A stretch of DNA of 55,539 nucleotides from Nemertoderma westbladi (lineage: Eukaryota; Animalia; Xenacoelomorpha): assembly GCA_032718475.1 (NCBI GenBank), contig JAUCBJ010008838.1:1-55539 (forward strand), written 5' to 3'. Made by a program: the position numbers and the translations under genes. Position 1 is the first letter of the stretch, and each line of letters begins with the position of its first letter. This document shows positions 45,601 through 55,539 of this stretch, piece after piece. The notes below the pieces were generated by a model, which did not search any database, was not told the origin of the DNA, and worked only from the letters and a program-made list of their open reading frames with translations.

Positions 45601-48600
45601 CTAACTGGCTGCCGAATCCCTTCATAGCTAGACACTTAAATCCGTCCAATGGCAAAGCTTTCCGTTCTTGTCGAGTATGTTGGTCTCTCGGAAGTAGGGA
45701 GTCTAGTTCTACCGAAATTCTGTGTCCCTTGAGGTCCTCTACCCCGTGCATAGACTTCAACTCTATTTGGATTTCCTCAGCGTCCTGGAAGCTAGAAACG
45801 GCTCTCGCCACTTCCTCATCGATATACGATAATGTGGACGCAGTGTCCAACATCACATATATTCGCTTCGATCCCTTATCTCCAGTGAGTTTCACCGGAA
45901 TCACGCTAAATATTTCCGACGTGGCCGTTGATAAATACGTCCGCGCGCTGGTCGATGAACTATCCGCGGTGAAACCTTGGCAGGTCACCTCTCTTGCGCT
46001 CGACTCGCCATCCTCGTCCGACGAACCTGGTTGGTAACCATCGGCTTGAATGCCGGTATACGTATTCTTTCTTATCGATACGGGTTCTTTGCTCCCCTTC
46101 CTGTGAGGATTTCGCTGTAAGTAACGGTCCGTTGGGGTGTGGAAATCCGCATGTAGCAACTTGTGATGTAGTCTGCCGCATTCCATGCATCCGTCCTTGC
46201 TGTTCGGGCACTGCCGCCGTACATGACCTGGCGCAAGACATGCCCAACAGGTGTCCAACGTCCGCACTTGAACTCTTCTCTGTTCCGAATTCAATTCTTT
46301 GAACCGTCTGCAACTATCTAACTTATGGTCGTCAGATCCTACCTCCTTTAGTAAACAGTATTGGCAACCTACAAATCCATCCGGCAACTCCTGTTGCTTT
46401 AACCTAGGTCTATCTAACCGCTCACCTGACCATACTCGCGAGTCTGATCTAAAGGCTGGGGTACTCGAATTATATCTGTCTACTGAGTTAAATGTCACAG
46501 TGGTCCTGTCATCATCAAAACTTACCATAGACTTACCGGTAACAGGTTTAGACTCCCTCATATTCTCCTCTGAGAAGTTTGATTTCATCTCTGCTACTGC
46601 GTCTGTGGCCATCATGTCATGAATGTGTTGAAGTGTCAATACTTTACCTTGGCCCTCCAACTTATTCTCTAATTTGCGCCATTTCTGTCGATAACGCATG
46701 TTTAAACGTCTTATTACGCTCTTTAAAACTTCGGCGTGGTCACCATGATGAGGTAGATTCACCATCTTCAAGATGTCCAATGCGTTTGAAATAGCGTTCG
46801 CTAAGTTCAACAGCTCTAACGGAGTTGTAATCTTTCCGCCCTTACCCAAGTCTTCTACTATCGACTGTGCCATCTTGGTTTTATTCCCGTAGATGTCGCT
46901 AAGCGTCTTCATTGCCAACTCAAATGCTCTTTCATTACCGACGAAGTTGTCAGCAATGGCTCTAGGTTCTCGATGGAGCATTTGAAGCAAATAGTTGAAC
47001 TTCTCATTGGGAGTAAAGGTGCTGTTGGTTAGCTGTTCGTCGACATAGGTTTTGAACGTCCTCCAATGCTTATGGTTACCCATAAACTTCTGGGGTTGTT
47101 GCGTCGGCAGTCCTTGCCTAGCAGCAAACTTACCTATGTCCCTAAGGGTTGCGTCGTTCCGGGTTAACAAATGGTTTAGTTCTGCAGGGTTGTTAAGTCT
47201 GGTCCTTTCCCGGGGATTGAGACTTACCTGCTCCGCGTCCGTCCTTCTTTCCTTATAGTTTCGGGACTTCTGACGTCTCATGTCTTCCTCTTCATCACTT
47301 GACTCGGTGTCAGTCCTTAGCGCTCGTGATGGTTTGCGCGCCAAGGCCCTGATCCAAGCATCCTGAATAAATCTTTCGGCTGAATTTTCGAAATCGGGAT
47401 TATGGATATTCGGGACAGGCGTCCTTACCTGAGGTCTATGTGGTATAGTTTCCTCCGATATGCGTACTTGTTGACTAGGTTGGACTTTATCTAACTCAGG
47501 CCTGCTAGGATTAGATTTACTTCTTACCTGGGCTGCTTCCTTTAACCGTAGGTTACTAAGCATGTCCGTTATAGGTTGGATGTGCGGCGATATAGCTTGC
47601 GCTAAACTAGCACTTAACTCATCCCTCGTAATAAATTCCTGGCTAGGATTCTGTTGTATAGTCGGCTCTATCTGAGTAATCCGCTGTCTCTCATATGATC
47701 CCTCCTCCGGTTTAACCCGGAAGTTCTCCGTAGAATTGGGTCGGCGCTCCGTCCGCGTGTTCCAAACCCGCGGGTTCGGTTCGCCAAATACACGGCCCGT
47801 CGGAGTTTCTCCTCTAAACTCTTCATTGTCTCGTTCGGTGTATAGTGGTGCGGTGTTCTGATGATGTGGATTCTGCGCAATAGGTGAAGCACTAATACCA
47901 ACTGGTGTGCGATATGTAGAGAACGGTTTAGCGATCCGAGTACTCGTAATAGCTGGACCGGGTATAGGAATTCTGGTCGTTGTCGACTCGCGTATGGTCG
48001 GAGTTCTCGCTTCCTGTTCGGCCTTCTGCAGTGCGAACAGTTCTCGCAACTCGGTCCCTACACTTGCCCCACATTCTTCGATCATTCGCATCCCCTTCTC
48101 GGCGATTTCATTCGCCTTCCTGGTCCGTTCTTCGCTCTCTAGGTTTAGTCTCGCACTTTCCAACTGCGCCAGTTTATGTTCTTCTTCTTCCCTCGCTCGT
48201 CTCGCTGCACCCTCTTCTTCCACACGCGCCTTCTCTTCATACAACGCCCGTCGCTCCTTCTCGCGCTCCTTGCGCTCGCGTTCGAGTTCGCGTCTTCTTT
48301 GCTCGTGTTCCTTAGCTTCCCGTTCGCGTTCGCGTTGAAGTTGAAGTTCGCGTTCCTCGCCTTGGAGTTGGAGTTCACGTTCTTCGCGTTCGCGTTGGAG
48401 TTGGAATTCGCGTTCTTCGCGTTCGCATTGGAGTTCGTGCTCTTCGCGTTCGCGTTCAAGTTGGAGTTCTCGTTCTTCCTGTTCGCGTTCCGCTTGCTCA
48501 CACTTACCTTTGTCTTCCAACTCTCGCAACTTTGCGTCTAACTTACGTGTGCGCTCCCGTTCCCGCTCGGCCTCCTTCCGTGCTTCCTGTGCACGCAAAA

Positions 48601-49651
48601 CTTCCGCCTGCTGTTCGTCCAGTCGGCGTCTTCTCTCCTCCGCCGAGTTGTGAGAAACAAGGGATCTAGCACATATAACTTTCCCTCGCGCGTGACTAAC
48701 CTGGGAATCGCCACTGTCTCTAGATGCGTCATCGGGTGGAGTTAACGTTCTCTGTTGGATATTCTCCGTTGTCGGTAGCACCTGACCCGGTACCACCACT
48801 CCACTCTGCATCAGCCAGCTGGTAACTTCCCGCTGATAACGGCGCTCTTCTTTATCCTGCATTTCTTCCCGCTCCACTAAATCTCTCGACTCTGCGTCAC
48901 TCACCTGAGTCGCCTGCGCTTGTGATGCCCATAGCAGCCAATTCTCCGTCCTAACTCGTCGGAATCGCTCCGATAACGTGCGGTGCTCCAACAAGGCTGC
49001 TAAAACCCTGTCGTAAATCCTCGTCGCCACGTCGCTCGACTGAGACTCTACTGCCTTCTTCGCTAGGACTGCAAGCTCCTCCGTCTGTTTGAATAACGCT
49101 GAGTTGTATCCTCTTCTAATCTCTACTAACCCTTCCCTTCCGATGTTCGCTGAGTCTGCTAACATCTTCCTTACCTTGTCCGCCGTCCGAGTTATATGTC
49201 CGGCATGCGCGCGAAGTTTCTTCTTTATCGCGATATCAAGTTCTCTTTCGCTTACCTGACTCACACTTGGTGGACTTGAAGGATTATTTTGGGAACTATG
49301 GGTACTCCTAACAGCCGCTGGGACCACGGCACTTACCATACCCACAGGTCTGGAAACCAGGTTCCGGGCTCTCGCTTCTGCTACACTACCCTCCCTATCA
49401 CTCACCTCTGGTTGGGTTGCTGTACAATCCTTCATTACAGTAGCGGTAGGGGATCCTAATACTATCACCTGAGGTTGCTGTTCTTCCTCACTAGTTACTG
49501 TCTTGTCCTCCTGTTCACTTACGTCAGCGTCGCTCGCTGCGTCGTCATAGTCGGCATTGTCGTCAACAGTAATATTAACGCTATCGTCAGTCGGCGGTCC
49601 TGCCGCCGTCTCATAGCTGTCCTCTAGTGCCTCCTTCTCTGAGGCACTCAT
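42650..49651 (-). pseudogene. pol: BEL/Pao gag-pol of element 2 (Gag, knuckles, PR, RT, RNase H); stops at 44576 and 43660, frameshift near 44535, integrase missing
   Basis: CQYC..H..C, CWAC..GH..C, CMECGRLHH..LH; MLDTAS; YMDD; LHLFIDAS; WTDA; NPAD; (RELQLQRERE)n coiled coil at ~48320-48490. Confidence 0.92.
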
Positions 49652-50783
49652 AGTCTAAATAATATTTGCCTTCCGGCAAAAATATCTCGCAAAAGTTCGA
49701 GATATATATATAATTTAATCGAAAATACGATTAAATTATTTGTCAAATATCCAATTGTCCAAAATGTCAAAATAAATTCGCAATGCAATATTGTGAATTT
49801 AATAGGATCTAATTTTAGCAAATACCAGTACAATATTTAAACAAAATATTATTCTATAGTTATTATATAGTATTTAAATACCGGTATGACACAAATAATT
49901 TTTTGAATCTAATACAAAATATTCAAAATAAACTTGCCACCCGAATATTTCTAATTTTGCATAGATAACTCTAATCAACGCAATTTTAATTTCAAATATT
50001 ATATGTATCCACTAGCGCGTGGCTACATCTTCGGGTTGCGACTCTTTCTCTCTCTAACTCGAGCGATTCAAAAACCCATGGTTGGCTAAACCTAACTATC
50101 CTAACTAATAAATTGAGTTCAGCTTCGCAGTTAAACAACCGATAATTTTTTACTGCTTCCACAAACACTATGGTGCCAACAGAACAACTAACCTTGTTTG
50201 CTGTGAGATTCCACGTCCGCGTCCAAAGTTTCAGTCCTTTCGCTGATTGCAAACCGAACCCGCAGACCCACACGAACCCCAAACTCAGAAGCTCCGTCTT
50301 GCCATGTATCTCCAGATGGTATAAAATAACTAAGCGGTTATCCAACATACCGGTACAAAACTCTAGATTTTATTACAAATTTTGACCAAAACTAAATTCT
50401 CACAAACCTAGCTAAAATTTTCAAAAAACTTACTAATTACGGCCTGCCCTAATGGCCTAAGGAACCGCTGTATTTGCGATTAGTAAACGCACTACCGTAT
50501 ATCCACTGTACGCAATACAGTAAGTAAAACAGTACACCAACCTAACAGCCTAATGAATACTGTGTGCGGTACAGCAAAACAAATGTCTTTTCTACTTGTA
50601 CGCAGTAACAGCAATCAGCCTAATGTACTACTGTACTACAGTACTATTGTACGCGACCAGTGAATACAGTAATCTAAACTTAACAGCCTAAAGGAATACA
50701 CTCGATGTTCTACCGTACGCAGTACAGTGCCTAATACAGTAATCTAATTAGTACTTACTGTACGCAGTACAGCAAACAAAAAA

Positions 50784-50944
50784 CGTCCTTTACTGTTACA
50801 AAGTAACAGTAAATAATACAGTAATCTAATGCTGAATACACTCTTTACTGCTGCAAGCAACAGCCAATATCACGTCCTTTACTGTTACGGAGTAACAGTA
50901 AATAATACTGTTGCTGTGTGCAATAAAATAATAACGTCCTTTAC
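50784..50944 (-). repeat. Triplicated LTR-end/PBS-position motif with two perfect 11-bp hairpins
   Basis: CGTCCTTTACTGTTA at 50784, 50873 and 50935; TTTACTGTTAC-nnn-GTAACAGTAAA at 50789-50813 and 50878-50902. Confidence 0.8.
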
Positions 50945-52781
50945 TGTTAAACAAACTACCCCAGCCTAACCAATAAAGACACAAAACTGCTCTATTTACT
51001 AGACGGGGCAATCAGGAGCGTATAATTACTTATGTAGGGTTGCGCGCAAAGCCACTACTTACCGTTGGATGGCGCTAATCTGCCATCTGCTAATATATAT
51101 CCTAAATTTCTACGGCTCCTACTAAATTCTCGTTCCTTTCTCTACCAATTACTCGATAGAGAGCTAACTGTTCGAATATATGAGCCACGCGGGAATAACC
51201 AAAACAATAAACCCGAATCGGCTCCCTAAGCTAACTTAAAACGAGTGTGAGAGACTTGACACTCAGAGTGTATTCTATAGCCTAATATTACTGTAAATTT
51301 GCGCTTACAACTACGTCCTTTCTAATCGCATCTAATCGCAATACTGGGGTTCCCTAACGGAATGTGTGAATGTGAGAATATTTAAATAATCAAAATCGAT
51401 GCAGCGTTTATTTTGGGACTCAGGCTTATCTGCGGCTGGCTTTAGGCCAGCAAATTACTGATGCGCGTTGCGTACTGTATACTACGATGTGAATTTTGTC
51501 CACTAATTCAAATAACCGCCCAGCGTGAATAGTGCACGGTACTCTAAAATTATTACCTAACTACCCTCCGCTATGCAGCGTACAAATTCCTAATTTTACT
51601 AATTAATTTCAGTCACAAATATGTAACGGCATACTAATTACTAAGTATTCCAGAATGCGCAATTCTAAATTATTACGCAACGGGTCACACTAGCAACAGC
51701 CTAAGATACCGTATTATTTTTCGACCTAATCAGAAATTAATTACAGTAAGCTAAGAAATAGAAATCAATCAAAGGGAAAAGAGCGCCTATCCAAGCATTC
51801 GTGATTTATTAGGCACACTTTAGTAACGCACCAATCAGCATAACACAATCGCAATCTACAGTTCAGCTAGTAATTCACAACTCGCAATTCGCAACTCGCA
51901 ACTCGCAAATCGCAACTCGCAATGTAAAGGACGCAGGTCTCCCCCGGCTACGTCTAGGCTTCCTAACTAACCCAATTCCTGTCCCCCTAATACTACAAAA
52001 TAGAGACAAAACCTGGATCATCAGCCTCTAATTGCCGAACCGGCGTACTTGACCCACCCTACGCCGCAACTTGCGCGCGCAATAGTAATCCCCCCCCCCC
52101 CCATGTTGCTTGTCTTTGAATCCTCTGCACTCCCGTCGTCGCTAACCCCCCGATGCGCCCGCCGCGCTTACCGGTACCCTAGCCCTCCATCAGAATGAGT
52201 AGCTACCGTAGCGGCACATGCAAATCACAAAAGTCTGACAGTCTGAGAAATCCCGTAGGATTATTGTCGAAAGGAATCACATAGAACCATTTACTAAAGG
52301 GTAGAAATCATAGTTCCAACTTGTAATTAATAGCGATCATTGAGATTGATTGAGAAACACAAACAAGAATCGAACAGAAATTGCAAGTTAACGAATCATT
52401 GCAAGAAATCAAAAAGGGCAGTAAATTACGCAGAAAACTAAGCATCGAATAATAGTTGAGCTGTGTGGTGTATAACAAGTGGGTAAGGGAAGGTATGACT
52501 AAGCATGTGTGTGTAGACAATGGAAGTACGCCAATTTATAGGTGATTTGAGAAGGGTGATGCAATCGATCTCTCATTGGCTCCCCAATCCGAGCTAACAT
52601 CAGACCAACCTGGAAGCAGTTAGGCCAATAAGAGAGCCGGATTGTGGGCCTATAGCTCCCTGAAATCGTAAATTACCACCATATAATGTAATTTTCCCGA
52701 TGCTTAATTTGGCAGTACTAATAATATCATGCACAAATATAAATTTAGCGCAATTATAGAGAAATTAAAACCAGTAGCTAG
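50945..52781 (-). repeat. 5' LTR of element 2 (partial; interrupted by element 3)
   Basis: Colinear with 34080-36538; breaks at CCAGTAGCTAG|TGTTCGCGC. Confidence 0.9.
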
Positions 52782-55539
52782 TGTTCGCGCTTTCAGACCT
52801 TTGGCAGTTTAACCCGCCAAATTAGGATGTCTGTTAGATAATAAATCACTTTAGCCGATGACAAATATTTGATTCACTACACTAGTCGAAACCAATCTGT
52901 GCGCGATCATTCACCCGCTGGATAATTCCCGGGAGATTGGGTTCGACGGCTTAATTTTATTGCTATGTAAGCTTAATGTATTATTCGACTGACAGTATTA
53001 TATAATCTCTGACAATATTATTCACTTTCGGGGAATATTAACAGTTCCTTTAGGACGTGGCGCTCTATCTATATAAACAGAGTTATGACTTAAACTAATC
53101 ACAACGATATGGCTTAGTTATAATTCACATATATGGCGCATTCTTTAGGAAATGCTTCGTTATCAGTATCACCCGCACACAATGCTGCACAATACTGCAC
53201 ACTGATCTGCCGATCTTCACTGATTTTAGTTACATATAAAAGGAACACGGACTGACTCATGTAGGGGCTATCAAATAACATAAGATTCACTTCAAACCAC
53301 TTTAACATAAGTCACAATCGTTATGTATAACCTTTCTCTCTTACCTTCAGTATATCAAGAATATTGGGTTTTCGGGGTTATTTATCGTTATTCCAAATAT
53401 AATAATTCATCAACCAAATTATGAAGTATAAACAGCAAATAGCAGTATAACAATATAAAGTATGCACAGTGTTACACAGTATGCAGTGTATGCAGTACTG
53501 CAGTATGCATTGATTGCATTGAGTTAGGTTAGTCAAGATAACGGATATATGTCCTTATGATTAAGCCTACTAGTGTACGGCTAAAACAGTAAAGCACAAA
53601 ATACTTCCAAGCCGTTCTTTCCTTGGCTCAGGACTGAATGTAAACACTGCACATAGGCATTGCGTCATTTCTCGGAAATTTTCTGTACAAGGAGCCACAA
53701 AAACGCTCTAATTGGCTGACTGAACTGAGAGACGCCGTAGAACAAAGGAAATCAACACGTATGAATGTCAGCTGTTAACCGTAGTCATAGTAACTACTGT
53801 TCAAGAGTAGCTATCACCCCTTTGCGTCACGAATTGCCATAGAATCATAAAATATGCCTTTCACAGTACACATACGGAGGAAATAGGTCTTAGATCCTCT
53901 AAAAACACCGATACAGCAATAATACGGTCTCTTACACTTATTAAATCAACTACAGAGTATTTTAATGTAAAAGATAATAAAAATAACGGGGCAATTCAGC
54001 AAAGGCTTTTACACCGCTCCCAGAAAATGGGATTTTCAGTCTATAAAATATAAAAATCACAGTTTCTAAAACCTAAAGATACTCTAAACAGTTAGTCTTT
54101 CTTGCGCGGACGGCGTTTACGCAGTTTTTTAAAGCTAGCAAGAGTCCTTTTCTCTTTGGGGGGAACCACTTTACTAGGAGGGCCATAACTCCTGGGTGAA
54201 GGGTGCAATATGATTGCATTAGAAGGTTTGGGTTTACTGTCGGTGTCTCGTCAATTTCGATATGCTTCTCCTCGAGCTGATTTTCCTCCGCTTGTCATGG
54301 GATATGTTCGTCCAAAACTCTCGCAGAGAATAGGGTTTTCTAAGCTTGATATCTTCTTAGAGATTCGAGATTTCCCAATCGAACCGAGATAAGGCCAATT
54401 CGTTTATCGATTGGACTTACTGTTATAACTTACGTTTATCTGAACAAACGCAGGTTTCCTTTTTGATCTTTATAGAATCACGTTTAACTCGTTTCGTACA
54501 AAACTCTCCTTCACCTTGATGAAGGGTTGTATCGCGTTAAACGGGGACGACCATACGGTAGGATAGTGATATTAGGCGTCCGCATCACAATCCGGCTAGG
54601 TAAGATGGGCGGCTAGCTAGAAATCACTGTCGGAGTGTTACCGATTAATTGTTAGGGTAGCACTAGATCTTTGAACAGTGAATACAGTCCACGAGGATCC
54701 GCGACACCACCAGGATCGCAGGACTGAGGTCCAACTAAGGAATGAGGAGGTTTGATCGAGTATTCCGGGACTCTGATCGTAGGTTTACTCCAGGATCGTT
54801 CGAGCCGAGTGAGCATAGGTGGTACGTCAAACAAGTTTCGCTCGAAACTCCAGTAAATATAACGAGCACAACTGTGTTTAACACAACGTTTCCGTGGATG
54901 TTTATGTCTTTCCGTTTATTGGCTGGATCTAGGGCATTTATCGTAATAATACCAAAGACGCACGTCTGGTAGGGGTAACGCGGATGATATTTATTTGTTG
55001 TTACAATGCTTCTATCAAGAATTCCCAATATATGTTGGAGTTACCGCGTTTATTGGTTTCTTTAATGTCTTTTCTTTCGAGCCGATTTCGAATAGAATTT
55101 TCGCATTCGAATTTCAGTTTATGGTTCCGACTCCGCTGGGAAGGATATATAGTCGACATAGTCCGTATTGTGTAAATTGATAGAATGACCAGTAGTTAAG
55201 AAGCCCATATACGTACCATTACGGCTTGTAAAAGTAGAGTATATCGCTCCCCGATACCAAGACCATCTTCTATCAACTCCGTCATTTCTGCTATATATGA
55301 GTTTATCCACATTATAAGGAGTTTATATTTAGGCGAGCGGGCGTCGCTGCCTACCCCAATCAACCCCCGGACAGGACGAGATCCTCAGCGCCGATGTGTC
55401 GTCGCCGCCGTACTTTCGCCAACGACGTAGCCGCACAACGACAATGACAACTGGCACAAGTCACTCGACTGTCCGTCCCAAATGCTTAGATGTACTTCAG
55501 GTATTCCTTGGAGAGTTAGGTTACTTTACGATTGCGACT
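52782..55539 (-). mobile_element. Element 3: diverged, internally deleted relative of element 1 (3' LTR 52782-54013, PPT 54014-54021, ORF3 remnant, upstream structured region); continues past the window
   Basis: Reverse complement aligns by eye to 9862-11075, ~14250-14462 and ~14820-15654. Confidence 0.9.
54092..55285 (-). pseudogene. Deleted and frameshifted ORF3 homologue (~1.2 kb versus 4.25 kb; exonuclease and knuckles not recognisable)
   Basis: MTELIEDGLGIGERYTL, RNGTYMGFLTTGH, IRVPEYSIKPPHS, LYSLFKDLVLP and ASLKKLRKRRPRKKD* are retained. Confidence 0.85.

Larger units (their letters stand above)
34080..52781 (-). mobile_element. Decayed BEL/Pao LTR retrotransposon, element 2 (integrase deleted, both LTRs interrupted)
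   Basis: Direct repeats 34080-36538 and 50945-52781; PPT GGAGCGG at 41283-41289 (-) followed by TGTTAC; gag-pol remnants on the minus strand. Confidence 0.9.

Noticed and set aside
50290-50310. ACA-TGGCAAGACGG (minus strand) as LTR end plus tRNA PBS of element 2
   Set aside because: Does not match a tRNA 3' end I recognise, and LTR-LTR homology ends at 50945 with a TGTTA/TAACA terminal repeat.

Overview
Eukaryotic, probably invertebrate, transposon-dense window of nested insertions. (1) 1-15654 (+) is a large BEL/Pao LTR retrotransposon (element 1; its 5' LTR lies outside the window). Its gag-pol is one reading frame with two in-frame stops. Between pol and the 3' LTR it carries an intact 1417-aa extra ORF that is not Env: it has WRN/EXD/Mut-7-like DEDDy 3'-5' exonuclease motifs plus a CCHC zinc-knuckle array, and is preceded by co-varying RNA structures. 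(2) Two host-like genes: an atypical Kazal-type secreted peptide and an intronless RING-B-box-coiled-coil (TRIM) gene. They sit among satellites, a non-autonomous EnSpm/CMC-like element, MITEs and Rex/CR1/RTE LINE pieces. (3) 34080-52781 (-) is a second, decayed BEL/Pao element (element 2) with ~2.2-kb LTRs and a possible self-priming PBS. Its 3' LTR is interrupted by a DINE-1/Helentron-like insert and a near full-length L2/CR1-group LINE. (4) 52782-55539 (-) is a diverged, internally deleted relative of element 1 (element 3) inserted in the 5' LTR of element 2; it provides an internal comparison for element 1. The best candidate for a novel system is the exonuclease-carrying BEL/Pao family with its structured intercistronic RNA. 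All domain calls were made by eye from motifs; no searches were run.
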